DNA from: Schaalia meyeri
Lineage (GTDB): Bacteria; Actinomycetota; Actinomycetes; Actinomycetales; Actinomycetaceae
Direction: 5' to 3'
Length of the DNA: 32,000 bases
Assembly: GCF_900105015.1 (NCBI RefSeq)
Contig: NZ_FNLK01000014.1
Span: forward strand, 30,001-62,000
Shown here: positions 1 to 8,723 of the stretch, in pieces
Layout of the letters: the number at the start of each line of letters is the position of its first letter
How positions within the stretch are numbered: the first letter of the stretch is position 1
Translations under genes and position numbers: made by a program
Notes under the pieces: model-generated
Databases searched by the model: none
The model's input: only the letters and a program-made list of their open reading frames with translations
Told to the model about the DNA's origin: nothing

Positions 1-543
1 GGCACCAACTACGCGCTCGCCGACCAGGCCTCTCAAAAGAGCTTCGAAAAGTTCTTCAACGAGAACAAGGTCGCCTTCATGGTCGGAACCGGAAACATTG
101 GAGAAAAGATCGACAAATCGCTCTGGGACGCTGACGCGGTCGGCGTGATGCCCATTCCGGGTACGACCAGCGGCTCCGTCGGACAGACGTTCGCGGGAGG
201 CTCCTCCGTCTCGATGGCGGCCAAGGCGCACAACCCGGAACTGGCCGCCAAGGCACTCGAGCTCATCTATTCGAAGGACTTCCAAGAGTCGGTCGCCAAG
301 GCCGGATGGACGCCGGGCAACTCCACGTACGCAAGCGCTCAGACGGGAGCTTTCGCGAAGATCGCGCCCACTATCGTCGCCAACTCCAAGCTCACTCCCA
401 ACACTCCGCAGTGGGGAACCTCCGCGGGCGACAGCGACCTGCGCGACTTCTTCATGGCGATCGCACAGGGGTCCGACGTGCGTGGGACCGCAAGCGACTT
501 CGCCCAAAAACTCACTGAAGCCTTGAACACCGAGCAACGATGA
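1..543 (+). CDS. ABC transporter extracellular solute-binding protein, carbohydrate type (3' part; 5' end outside window)
   Basis: Frame 1 is open from base 1 (GTNYALADQASQ...) to TGA 541-543, so the 154-aa track ORF is the tail of a longer gene. The stop overlaps the ATG of the next gene (ATGA at 540-543). It lies directly upstream of two MalF/MalG-type permease genes. Confidence 0.8.
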   Translation, partial: GTNYALADQASQKSFEKFFNENKVAFMVGTGNIGEKIDKSLWDADAVGVMPIPGTTSGSVGQTFAGGSSVSMAAKAHNPELAAKALELIYSKDFQESVAKAGWTPGNSTYASAQTGAFAKIAPTIVANSKLTPNTPQWGTSAGDSDLRDFFMAIAQGSDVRGTASDFAQKLTEALNTEQR

Positions 544-1481
544 CCACCTCAGTGAAGACGCCTGCGCGCCCGGCGAAAGGATGCCGGGCGCGCAGGCGGG
601 GCATCCCGTATCTGCTGCTGACCCCGGCAACGGCAGTCGTGCTCGTCGTCCTCGGTTACCCGATGCTGCGCCAATTCATCATGTCATTCCAAAAGTTTGG
701 CCTGAAGCAGCAGTTCGGCGCCCCACCGGAGTGGGTGGGCCTGGACAATTACACCAGCATCCTCACCGACAGCTACTTTTGGACCGTGACGGCCAAGTCG
801 TTGCTTTTCTGCCTGTGGACCGCCGGATGGACCATGGCGCTGGCAATCGCCTTCGCCCTCATGATGAAAGCTGCCTCCGCTCCGATTCGCACGCTCATGA
901 ACGCGGTTCTGGTCATCGTGTGGGCGATGCCCCTGCTTGCGACTCTGACGGTGTGGCAGTGGCTCGTGAATAAGAACTTCGGGTTGCTGAACTACGTGCT
1001 CGCGGTGCTGGGCTTCGAACAGGCTTCACAGACCGCGTGGCTCGCGCAAAGCTACTGGACCTTCTTCCTGATCGCTTCCGCGATCATCGTATGGGCGTCG
1101 ATGCCGCTGGCCACGATCTCCATCTATGCGGCCATGACGCAGATTGACGGCGCCCTCATCGAAGCCGCACAGATCGACGGAGCCTCCTACTGGCAGCGGC
1201 TGCGCTACGTCGTGTTCCCCTCCGTGTCGCCCGTGATCGCTCTGATCGGCGTCCTCCAGGTCATCTGGGACCTGAGGGTGTTCACGCAGATCTATGTGCT
1301 TCAACAGTCGGGTTCTATATCGGATGAAACGAATCTGCTCGGCACATACATCTACAAGGTCGGCATCTCGCAAGGAAACTACGGCGTGGCATCCGCGCTG
1401 GCAACCATCGTCCTCCTCATCACATTGGTAATCACGTCGCGCTACATTCACATGCTCTTCACGAAGGGAGATCGACTATGA
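540..1481 (+). CDS. ABC sugar transporter permease (MalF/UgpA-type)
   Basis: 313-aa ORF with multiple hydrophobic spans. EAA-loop motif EAAQIDGASYWQRLRYVVFP. 4-bp overlaps with the genes on both sides. Confidence 0.9.
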   Translation: MTTSVKTPARPAKGCRARRRGIPYLLLTPATAVVLVVLGYPMLRQFIMSFQKFGLKQQFGAPPEWVGLDNYTSILTDSYFWTVTAKSLLFCLWTAGWTMALAIAFALMMKAASAPIRTLMNAVLVIVWAMPLLATLTVWQWLVNKNFGLLNYVLAVLGFEQASQTAWLAQSYWTFFLIASAIIVWASMPLATISIYAAMTQIDGALIEAAQIDGASYWQRLRYVVFPSVSPVIALIGVLQVIWDLRVFTQIYVLQQSGSISDETNLLGTYIYKVGISQGNYGVASALATIVLLITLVITSRYIHMLFTKGDRL

Positions 1482-2365
1482 GCGTTATGGGTAGAATCTC
1501 GCCAAAACGCGCCGCGTTGACGAGGCGGCGACCCCTGCGCACGCGCATCGGTGTCGCAGTCGTGAACATCGTCCTCCTCCTGTGCGCCTTGCTGTGGTTG
1601 CTGCCGGTCTATTGGATGGTGAACTCATCGCTTCAGACGGACCGCAACCTGCTTGCCTCGCCTCCGAAACTGTGGCCCGCGCCGGCCACCTTCGAGCATT
1701 TTCACTCGGTGCTCGTTTCCCCCGTCTTTCACCGGGCTCTCGGCATGTCGCTCCTGACCGCGCTCATCACGGTGCTCGCGACGACGACCCTGTCGCTGCT
1801 CGCCGCGCTGGCCCTGACACGTTTCCAATTTCGAGGAAAACGGAGCTTCATCGTCGCGGTCCTCGTCGTCCAGATGATCCCCGCCGAAGCGCTGTTCATC
1901 TCCCAATACCGAATGCTGGACGCGTGGAGCCTTTTGAACTCGGTGGCGGGCCTGTCGTTGCTGTACGTCGGGGGCGTGCTCCCCTTCGTCACGTGGATGA
2001 TGAGAGGCTACGTGGAGGCGGTGCCCGAGGAACTCGAACAGGCCGCGATGATCGACGGATGCTCGCGGATGGGGGCGTTTATGCGGGTGACGCTGCCGCT
2101 GCTGGCGCCGGGCCTCGTCGCGACCAGCGTGTTTTCCTTCCTCCACTCGTGGAACGAATACACGCTGGCCCTCATCGTGCTGTCGCGCGATAGCGCGGTG
2201 ACTCTCCCGCTGTGGCTCCAATCGTTCCAACAGGGACTGCGCGGAAGCGACTGGGGAGGGGTGATGGCCGCATCCACGATCATCACGATCCCCGTCCTCA
2301 TCCTGTTCATGATCGTGCAGAACCGGATGAGCGCCGGCTTAGTGTCCGGAGCGGTCAAAGGGTAG
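1478..2365 (+). CDS. ABC sugar transporter permease (MalG/UgpE-type)
   Basis: 295-aa ORF with multiple hydrophobic spans. EAA-loop motif EQAAMIDGCSRMGAFMRVTLP. ATGA overlap with the upstream permease. Confidence 0.9.
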   Translation: MSVMGRISPKRAALTRRRPLRTRIGVAVVNIVLLLCALLWLLPVYWMVNSSLQTDRNLLASPPKLWPAPATFEHFHSVLVSPVFHRALGMSLLTALITVLATTTLSLLAALALTRFQFRGKRSFIVAVLVVQMIPAEALFISQYRMLDAWSLLNSVAGLSLLYVGGVLPFVTWMMRGYVEAVPEELEQAAMIDGCSRMGAFMRVTLPLLAPGLVATSVFSFLHSWNEYTLALIVLSRDSAVTLPLWLQSFQQGLRGSDWGGVMAASTIITIPVLILFMIVQNRMSAGLVSGAVKG

Positions 2366-2529
2366 GGACGCGGGGCCGTGAGCGCGAAACACCAGGCGCT
2401 TCGCTGGCTGTCTACCGCGCCACGCTTCGCCCCTCCCGTTTCCCTTCGGCGGTTCCAACCTGCCACCATACTCGGGTGAGTGAGACAAAGAACCCAGCCC
2501 TGGCTTCGTTAGAGCGCGAGGCGGGACCC

Positions 2530-3963
2530 ATGATCCTGCAGGCCTTTGCGTGGGACATGAAGGCGGACGCAAGCCACTGGCGCTACCTCGCGCACCACGC
2601 GCGCGAGATCGCCGATCTGGGCGTCAGCGTCGTCTGGCTGCCGCCCGCCTACAAGGGCAAAATGGGGATCAACGACGTCGGATACGGCGTCTACGACCTG
2701 TACGACCTGGGCGAGTTCGACCAGAAGGGTTCCGTTCCCACGAAGTACGGGACGAAGGACGAATACTTGGCGGCCATCAATGCGCTGCACGAGGAGGGGG
2801 TGGCAGTTGCCGCCGACATCGTCCTCAACCACCGCATGGGTGCCGACGCCTGTGAGACGGTGCTCGCCACGCCAATCGATCCGAACGATCGGCGCAAGGT
2901 CGTGGGGGAACCCGAGACAATCGAGGCGCGTACGCGCTTTACGTTCCCCGGGCGCGCGGGCGCCTACTCGGACTTCACGTGGGACTGGACGTGCTTCCAC
3001 GGGGTCGACTGGGACGTGGCCACGGAGCGCAAGGGCCTGTGGCTCTTCGAAGGAAAACAGTGGAACGATAACGTCGCAGGCGAGCTGGGCAACTACGACT
3101 ACTTGATGGGCTCTGACGTGGACGTTACGGCCCCGGCTGTGAGCGCCGAGCTCGACCGGTGGGGTCGGTGGTATGTGGAGACAACTGGCGTGGACGCGTT
3201 GCGCTTAGACGCCGTGAAACACATCGGCTCCGACTTCTACGCGCGTTGGATCGCCAACCTGCGCGCGGCCACAGGGCGGACGCTGCCCGCCGTCGGTGAG
3301 TATTGGAGCGGGGACGTGAGGGAGCTCGAACGCTATCTTGAGGCCGTGCCCGACATCATGCTCTTCGATGTTCCCCTGCACTTCCGCCTCCACGCCGCCT
3401 CCACCTCGGATGGGAACGCCGACCTGTCGCGCCTGTGGGAGGGGACGCTCACCAGTTCGTACCCGGACCGCTCCGTCACCTTCGTCGAGAACCACGACAC
3501 GCAGCCCGGCCAGTCGCTGGCGTCCACGGTCGCGCCCTGGTTTAAGGCGTCCGCGTACGCGCTGATCCTGCTGGGCGAGGCCGGGGTGCCCTGCGTGTTT
3601 TGGGGCGATCTCTTTGGGACTCCCGAGACCGGCGATCTGACGGCGGTGCCTGAGCTGCCCATCCTCATGTCGATCCGTTCGCGCGCGGCCATCGGCGTCC
3701 AACATGACGCCTTCGACGACCCCGACGTGGTCGGTTTTGCCCGCGAGGGCAAAGCGGACGTGGACGGATCGGGTTGCGCGGTCATCGTTTCCGACCGCTA
3801 CGCCGCCGAAAAGAGACTCTACGTGGGGGAGCGCCACGCGGGTCAGGAGTGGGAGTGCATCATCGGCTCGCACCCGTGCGTGCGCGTCGGCGATGACGGT
3901 ACCCTCACGGGGTTTGTCAAAGACGGTGGGCTGAGCGTCTACGTTCCGTGCGCGGGCGCCTAG
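2530..3963 (+). CDS. Cytoplasmic GH13 alpha-amylase
   Basis: All four GH13 conserved regions are readable: DIVLNHR, GVDALRLDAVKHI, AVGEYW, FVENHD. No signal peptide. ATG 2530 (MILQAFAWD...) has GAGG 8 nt upstream. The 583-aa track ORF start at 2212 would overlap the permease gene. Confidence 0.9.
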   Translation: MILQAFAWDMKADASHWRYLAHHAREIADLGVSVVWLPPAYKGKMGINDVGYGVYDLYDLGEFDQKGSVPTKYGTKDEYLAAINALHEEGVAVAADIVLNHRMGADACETVLATPIDPNDRRKVVGEPETIEARTRFTFPGRAGAYSDFTWDWTCFHGVDWDVATERKGLWLFEGKQWNDNVAGELGNYDYLMGSDVDVTAPAVSAELDRWGRWYVETTGVDALRLDAVKHIGSDFYARWIANLRAATGRTLPAVGEYWSGDVRELERYLEAVPDIMLFDVPLHFRLHAASTSDGNADLSRLWEGTLTSSYPDRSVTFVENHDTQPGQSLASTVAPWFKASAYALILLGEAGVPCVFWGDLFGTPETGDLTAVPELPILMSIRSRAAIGVQHDAFDDPDVVGFAREGKADVDGSGCAVIVSDRYAAEKRLYVGERHAGQEWECIIGSHPCVRVGDDGTLTGFVKDGGLSVYVPCAGA

Positions 3964-3969
3964 GAAACC

Positions 3970-3990
3970 CCGGCCTCGTGCCCAGGCCGG
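3970..3990. terminator. Hairpin between convergent genes (candidate bidirectional terminator)
   Basis: CCGGCCT (3970-3976) pairs with AGGCCGG (3984-3990) around a 7-nt loop. It lies in the 47-bp gap between the amylase stop (3963) and the minus-strand gene stop (4011). Confidence 0.45.
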
Positions 3991-4010
3991 TGCCCCTCCC
4001 GCTCGGCGCG

Positions 4011-4829
4011 TTACTCCTGCGTGCCGCCCAGCGCGGGAATGCGTTCAATCTGCTCCTTGAAGAAGGCCTCGGCCGCAGAAATGAAACGGTCGATGTTCAT
4101 CCCGACCTGCGTGTCAGTGAGGCCGTAGCGCGCGGTCACAAACTGTTCGGCGCACACGCGCTGGGTTCCATCGTCCAGCGCCGCAACGTAGACCTTGGGC
4201 CACCTGGTGGACGCGTTCCAGTCGTTGCACGCCTGGATCAGGCGCGGGCGCAACTCCATCGACACGTCCTCGCGGATCGCGCCCCACATGCTCAGGTCCG
4301 CAGAGTCCTCAACGACAGAGAACATGTAATAGCCCTGGGAGAATCCCGTGCGCAGGCGCTTGTCCTCAACGTCGTACTTGTAATCGTTGCGATCAAAGAA
4401 ATCGGTGATCGCCTTCATGTCGAGGGGACGCACGACCGTGCGTAGTTCGAGGGCGCGCTTGCATTCGGCGATGATCTGCGGAGCGTCCTCGTTGGTCGGA
4501 TCCATAGCGAGGCATTGCTCAAGGTAGGTCAGCGCGTTCTCTTCCTCGTCCTGCCAGTACAGGGCGGTACCGATCCGGTAGTACCACAGCGGGTCGGACA
4601 TGCCTTCCGCCTCAACGCCGCGCAGCAGCTCGACAGCGTGCTTGATGTGCTCCCGGAAGGAATCCATGTAGGGTTGCGCGTAGTTGATGTATGCGCGGGC
4701 CAGCAGGCTGGTGAGCTCGTAGTCCAACACGGACGGGGGCTGGCCTTCAATGAGGGCAATGATCTTTTGATGTTCCTTCTCATCGTGCAGGGTATTGATC
4801 TGCGCGATGAGCGATGAACGCGAATCCAC
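4011..4829 (-). CDS. TPR-like helical-repeat domain fused to a YbjN-family (T3SS-chaperone-like) domain
   Basis: The N-terminal half has a TPR-type consensus (LWYYRIGTALYWQDEEENALTYLEQCLAMDPTNEDA). The C-terminal half has the YbjN-type signature (LIQACNDWNASTRWPKVYVA...DGTQRVCAEQ). The GTG at 4829 is preceded by AAGGAG with a 5-nt spacer. The track ATG at 4856 has no SD and is the alternative start. Confidence 0.75.
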   Translation of the reverse strand: MDSRSSLIAQINTLHDEKEHQKIIALIEGQPPSVLDYELTSLLARAYINYAQPYMDSFREHIKHAVELLRGVEAEGMSDPLWYYRIGTALYWQDEEENALTYLEQCLAMDPTNEDAPQIIAECKRALELRTVVRPLDMKAITDFFDRNDYKYDVEDKRLRTGFSQGYYMFSVVEDSADLSMWGAIREDVSMELRPRLIQACNDWNASTRWPKVYVAALDDGTQRVCAEQFVTARYGLTDTQVGMNIDRFISAAEAFFKEQIERIPALGGTQE

Positions 4830-5085
4830 GGAAGCTCCTTTATAGCAAGGGGACATGCGAGTACCTGGTCACAAGCATATCAGGGGTTGCCAGGAGGCTG
4901 AGCGTTGGGTGGGCGTCTCGCTCACCGTGTCGGGCGGCGAGGTGAGCGACATCGTTGCGAAGACGGCCAAGCACGATTGACGGCCTGCGTGCCGCCGGGT
5001 GGCCGGGGCGCCCGCACAGGCGTCACCGTTGCCGCAAATACCGTCGGTGCTGGGAAGAGCGCCGGGCTGATGCGGATCTCCCGGA

Positions 5086-7854
5086 TCAGCTTCTAGAGTT
5101 CCAGTTCTGCCAGTCGTTCCAGTCATCGTCTTGCGCGTCGATGGCGATGATCGGTACGCGGTCGGACGGCGTCTGTTCGTCGACTTCAGGCGTGGCGGGT
5201 GCGGGTTCTTCCCGCTGCTTCCGGCGCCTGCCCCAGCCCCAGCGCTTGCGGCGCTTCGACTCGCCTTCCTGCTCCTGGCGAGCCTCTTCGTTCCACGAGA
5301 ACTCCGCGTTCCAGTCCTCCTGAACTGACGGTGGCACCGCCGGTGCCTGCGGGGCGGCCGGTGCCTGCGGAGTGGCCATGGGACCAGGCTGTGAGGGAAG
5401 CGGTGGCGCCGAGCTCTGGGGGGCCGGCGTGCTCTCGCGCGCCGGCGGAGGCGCGAGCGGGGGAGTGTCCACGAACGCGTGTTCCCGTCGCGGCGGCTCG
5501 GGGGCGGGCGTAGCCGAGGCCGGCGTCGACCAGTCAAAGGAACTGGTGCTTCGAATCCGAGGCAATCGAGCGGTGGGCAGCTCCGCTTCGTCGTCAACAG
5601 GCATCAACGAGGCCGGGGCGGGCTCGGGTTCGGGCGCAAAGACCGGTTCTGGTTCCGGCGTGGCATCCGGTGTGTACGGGGGTGCGATGGCCGGTTCCGG
5701 TTTGGGCGCGAGCGGCGGCGTGATCGCCGGTTCCGGCTCGGGCGCGACGACCGGCTCCGGCTCGGGCGCGGGCGGTGGCGTGATGGCCGGTTCCGGCTCC
5801 GGCTTGGGTTCGGGCGCAAAGACCGGCTCCGGCTCGGGCGTGGGGTCCGGTGTGTACGGGGGTGCGATGGCCGGTTCCGGTTTGGGCGCGGGCGGTGGCG
5901 TGATGGCCGGTTCCGGCTCCGGCTTGGGTTCGGGCGCAAAGACCGGCTCTGGTTCCGGCGTGGGGTCCGGTGTGTACGGGGGTGCGATGGCCGGTTCCGG
6001 TTCGGGTGCGAAGACTGGCTCCGGGTCCGGCGTGGGCGCGACGGGTGCGGGCGGAGGCGCGAGGATCGGCTCTGGTTCGGGAACCGCGACGGATTCCGCA
6101 GCGGGCATCGGAATGACGGCTCGCTGAATCCTGGGAAGCAGCAGAGTATCGGTCGCCTCGTCGGGGTTTTCGGCCGCCTCGTCGAGGCTGGCGGGAGGAG
6201 GGGGGACGGGCGCTGCAAAATGCGCGGGAGCCTCTTCCGCGCGAGCGGGCGCGTTCGCCTCGGGTTGGGGCACGGCGCGTGCCTGCACCTGTTTGCCCGG
6301 CTGTGCGAACGATGCCGCAGAGGAATCCTCAATGGGCGCTCGTTCGGATGCGACGTGGGTCTCGCGATCCCACACGGAAGCGCTCCGGCGGGAACCTTGG
6401 CTGCCTTCGATCGACGGTGGGGCGGCAGGAATCGGCGCAACCGGGGTGTTCGCACCCCGCTGTGGCGAGGCCGCGTCCGGGACGCTCGGTTCCTGGGTTG
6501 AACCCGCGGAGGAGGGGGGCTGCGGGAACGGCTGCGCGGGACGCTCAGGGAAGACCGCGGGGCGGTGACCGCTGCGTGAATGCCTCCTCTTCGGTGTCAT
6601 CGGCACCCGCGCGGATGCATCAGCACTGGTCTGTGCGGCGTGAGCGGGGCGTGACTTATCCCCCCGGGCGAAACTTGTGTCGCTTGGGGTTGACTGGGGA
6701 GGAGTGGAGGTGCTCGCCTGCGTAGGCTCGGGCGCGGGCACCGACTCGGGCGCAGGTACTCGCTTGGACACAGGCACCCGCTTGGGTTCGGACGCGGGTG
6801 GTGTCGCGGGTGCGGGCATCGGCTTGGGTGCCGGCGCGGGTGCCGGTTTGGGTGCAGGTGCCGGCGCCGGCGGGGGAATGGGCGGGGTAGGACGCCGGGA
6901 GGAATCGGGATCCACCGATTCCCGACGCGCCTGGACCGGCGGGGGAACGGCGGCCGCGGAAGGCCGGGATGGCGGCGCGAAAGCCACGGGCGCCGTGGAA
7001 GCACGAGGCCCCCCGGCCTCGTTGATCCGTGATGCGGAGGGACGCCGGACGTGCGACGGATGCGCGGGGCGCTTCGCTCCCCTCGACGACTCCTCGGATT
7101 TCCTCGCGCGCAACACGTAGAAGATGATGACGGCCACGAGCACCAGGACAATGAGACTAACGATCAAAGCGATAAGCAGGCCGATCGAGGGATCCGAGGA
7201 CGAGGCCGCGGCCGCAGCCTCGGGAGAGGCACCGTTTCCGGGGATGGGAGTGACCCCCCACGGATTCTTCAGGCCGTTCGCGCCGCCCCCCGTCGAGAGG
7301 TTGCCGCCAGCGTTAAGCGAACCGTTGACCGTGATCACCTGGGGAACTGGGGTGGTCCAAGTGGACACGGACAGGGACCTGCCCTCGTAGATTGTCGCAG
7401 AGGTTGATGCCCCGGAAGTTGACGACTTCACTTCTCCTTCGACGCTCAGGAACACCGACGCCAGGGACAGCGACGAACCAAAAATCTTGCGGTACTCGGA
7501 TAACGTCTGATCCGTGCGGGCCGTCAACACAAACTCGCCCGAGTCCTGGACCGCGAACTCAGGATCGTCCTGGAGGCGGCTGTACATGAGCTGCATGTGG
7601 CAAACGGATGCGTCATCGCGCGTCATGAACTCGACGTGGTGGTCCGTGGAATTGCCCACATAGGGGTTGCAGATGGACTCGCTCATCGTGCGCGAGGGAT
7701 CCGTGACAGTCAACGTGTCGACGACCTGACCGTCCTTGGTCACAACGTATGCCTCCGACAGGGTCGGTGCGTTGGCAGCGTGAGTGGCCGACGGTAGCGT
7801 GAGCGCGATGAACAGTGCCCCGAGCGTGGCGCACAGGGCGCGAGAGAGTCGCAT
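5086..7854 (-). CDS. Type-I membrane protein: signal peptide, ~195-aa uncharacterised ectodomain, one TM helix, ~670-aa proline-rich repeat tail
   Basis: 922-aa ORF with AGGAGG (7860-7865) 5 nt upstream of the ATG. Signal peptide MRLSRALCATLGALFIALTLPSATHA. TM at IGLLIALIVSLIVLVLVAVIIFYVL followed by RARK. The remainder is Pro/Ala/Glu-rich with 40-aa tandem repeats. Confidence 0.8.
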   Translation of the reverse strand: MRLSRALCATLGALFIALTLPSATHAANAPTLSEAYVVTKDGQVVDTLTVTDPSRTMSESICNPYVGNSTDHHVEFMTRDDASVCHMQLMYSRLQDDPEFAVQDSGEFVLTARTDQTLSEYRKIFGSSLSLASVFLSVEGEVKSSTSGASTSATIYEGRSLSVSTWTTPVPQVITVNGSLNAGGNLSTGGGANGLKNPWGVTPIPGNGASPEAAAAASSSDPSIGLLIALIVSLIVLVLVAVIIFYVLRARKSEESSRGAKRPAHPSHVRRPSASRINEAGGPRASTAPVAFAPPSRPSAAAVPPPVQARRESVDPDSSRRPTPPIPPPAPAPAPKPAPAPAPKPMPAPATPPASEPKRVPVSKRVPAPESVPAPEPTQASTSTPPQSTPSDTSFARGDKSRPAHAAQTSADASARVPMTPKRRHSRSGHRPAVFPERPAQPFPQPPSSAGSTQEPSVPDAASPQRGANTPVAPIPAAPPSIEGSQGSRRSASVWDRETHVASERAPIEDSSAASFAQPGKQVQARAVPQPEANAPARAEEAPAHFAAPVPPPPASLDEAAENPDEATDTLLLPRIQRAVIPMPAAESVAVPEPEPILAPPPAPVAPTPDPEPVFAPEPEPAIAPPYTPDPTPEPEPVFAPEPKPEPEPAITPPPAPKPEPAIAPPYTPDPTPEPEPVFAPEPKPEPEPAITPPPAPEPEPVVAPEPEPAITPPLAPKPEPAIAPPYTPDATPEPEPVFAPEPEPAPASLMPVDDEAELPTARLPRIRSTSSFDWSTPASATPAPEPPRREHAFVDTPPLAPPPARESTPAPQSSAPPLPSQPGPMATPQAPAAPQAPAVPPSVQEDWNAEFSWNEEARQEQEGESKRRKRWGWGRRRKQREEPAPATPEVDEQTPSDRVPIIAIDAQDDDWNDWQNWNSRS
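5621..6040 (-). repeat. In-frame tandem repeat array, 120-bp unit (40 aa), about 3.5 copies with an internal 60-bp duplication
   Basis: 5761-5820 versus 5881-5940 differ only in the first 3 nt. 5821-5880 versus 5941-6000 differ at about 4 positions. 5641-5700 is a further copy. 5701-5760 is an extra half-unit, and there are degenerate ends at 5621-5640 and 6001-6040. Confidence 0.9.
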
Positions 7855-7880
7855 GCAGTCCTCCTGATATGAGTCACTCG

Positions 7881-7909
7881 ATTATCGTCCGTTCGTGGAT
7901 ACAAAGCAA
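7881..7909 (-). promoter_or_regulatory. Candidate sigma-70-type promoter of the 922-aa gene
   Basis: On the minus strand: TTGCTT (7909-7904), a 17-nt spacer, then GATAAT (7886-7881), about 27 nt upstream of the ATG. It lies in a ~50% GC intergenic region. Confidence 0.3.
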
Positions 7910-8096
7910 CGAGGGGACCTCAATGCGAGATTAACTGACCGGCTGTAAAGGGAAAGGGGGGCGACTGTCAAAAAGAAACGCACCCTCTTGGTAAGGTCAG
8001 ATGGTATTGTGTCGCGTACTATGACAGGAGTCTACCTGCAGTCAGGATTTCAATGAAGAAGGACGTTGTTGCCAGCTGTCACGAAGGAAGTGTCCC

Positions 8097-8723
8097 ATGA
8101 AGTGCCGACACGCCACGCGCGAAGACATCCCCGCGATCACACGAATTGTCACCGAGGGATTTCTGGACTACCCGCTGCACATCATGCTGAAGCCGTACCT
8201 CTACCAGCCGGAGCATTACCCGCAGTGCCTGACCGCGATGAATCGCATGCTCGCCCGAGCCTATCAGCGGTCACGGAAAGCCCTCGTCGTCGAGCAAGAC
8301 GGGCGTGTTATCGCAACGGCCCTCATGCACGACCGCAAGGTGGGCCTGATGCGCAATGTCACGAGCGGGGGGTATGACCTCTTTCGATATGCCTCCCCCC
8401 GACTCATCGCCGACTTTGCTGACGTCACCGACCGTGCCGACCAGATTGCCATCGACAACGGGCATTTTGACTGGTACCTCGAGATCCTCTCGGTGGACAA
8501 AAGCATGCGCGGCCACGGAGTCGGTCGTTGGCTCGTCTCCAAGGTGCTGCCCGACTTCGTGGCGAAGCGAGGCGGGTATGGGTACGGATTTGTGACGTCA
8601 ACGGAATCGAATGCTCGTTTCTACATCAACGGCGGCTGCGAGCTCGTTGGACGCGTGGATGTGTCGATGAGGGAACAGACGTGCCCGATTTGGGCCTTTC
8701 AGAGGCGGGCGGAGAGGCTGTGA
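8097..8723 (+). CDS. GNAT-family N-acetyltransferase
   Basis: 208-aa ORF with GAAGGAAG upstream of the ATG. Acetyl-CoA pocket motif MRGHGVGRWLV (R/Q-x-x-G-x-G/A) within LEILSVDKSMRGHGVGRWLVSKVL. Confidence 0.85.
   Translation: MKCRHATREDIPAITRIVTEGFLDYPLHIMLKPYLYQPEHYPQCLTAMNRMLARAYQRSRKALVVEQDGRVIATALMHDRKVGLMRNVTSGGYDLFRYASPRLIADFADVTDRADQIAIDNGHFDWYLEILSVDKSMRGHGVGRWLVSKVLPDFVAKRGGYGYGFVTSTESNARFYINGGCELVGRVDVSMREQTCPIWAFQRRAERL

Noticed and set aside
2212-2529. N-terminal extension giving a 583-aa amylase
   Set aside because: The extension overlaps the permease gene's 3' end, is Arg/His-rich junk, and GH13 homology starts at MILQAFAWD (ATG 2530, with an SD).
5066-5090. Possible terminator hairpin at the 3' end of the 922-aa gene
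   Set aside because: Only a 6-bp stem with a 13-nt loop, it overlaps the stop codon, and there is no U-tract.
5621-6040. Repeat array considered as CRISPR or as non-coding satellite
   Set aside because: The units are contiguous with no spacers, 120 bp long, in frame and inside a long ORF. There are no cas genes in the window.
5621-6040. PPxY (APPYTPD) motifs as host WW-domain mimicry
   Set aside because: The predicted topology puts this region in the bacterial cytoplasm, so host exposure is unlikely unless the topology call is wrong. It is kept only as a note under the main finding.
5372-6501. Long plus-strand ORFs (251-aa Gly/Ser-rich GSGSGAKTGSGSG..., 340-aa Arg-rich) opposite the proline-rich gene
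   Set aside because: They are the reverse-complement shadows of CCN/GAG-rich repeat codons. They have no RBS, signal or domain features. The minus-strand frame has an AGGAGG RBS, a signal peptide and a TM helix, and it runs 922 codons.
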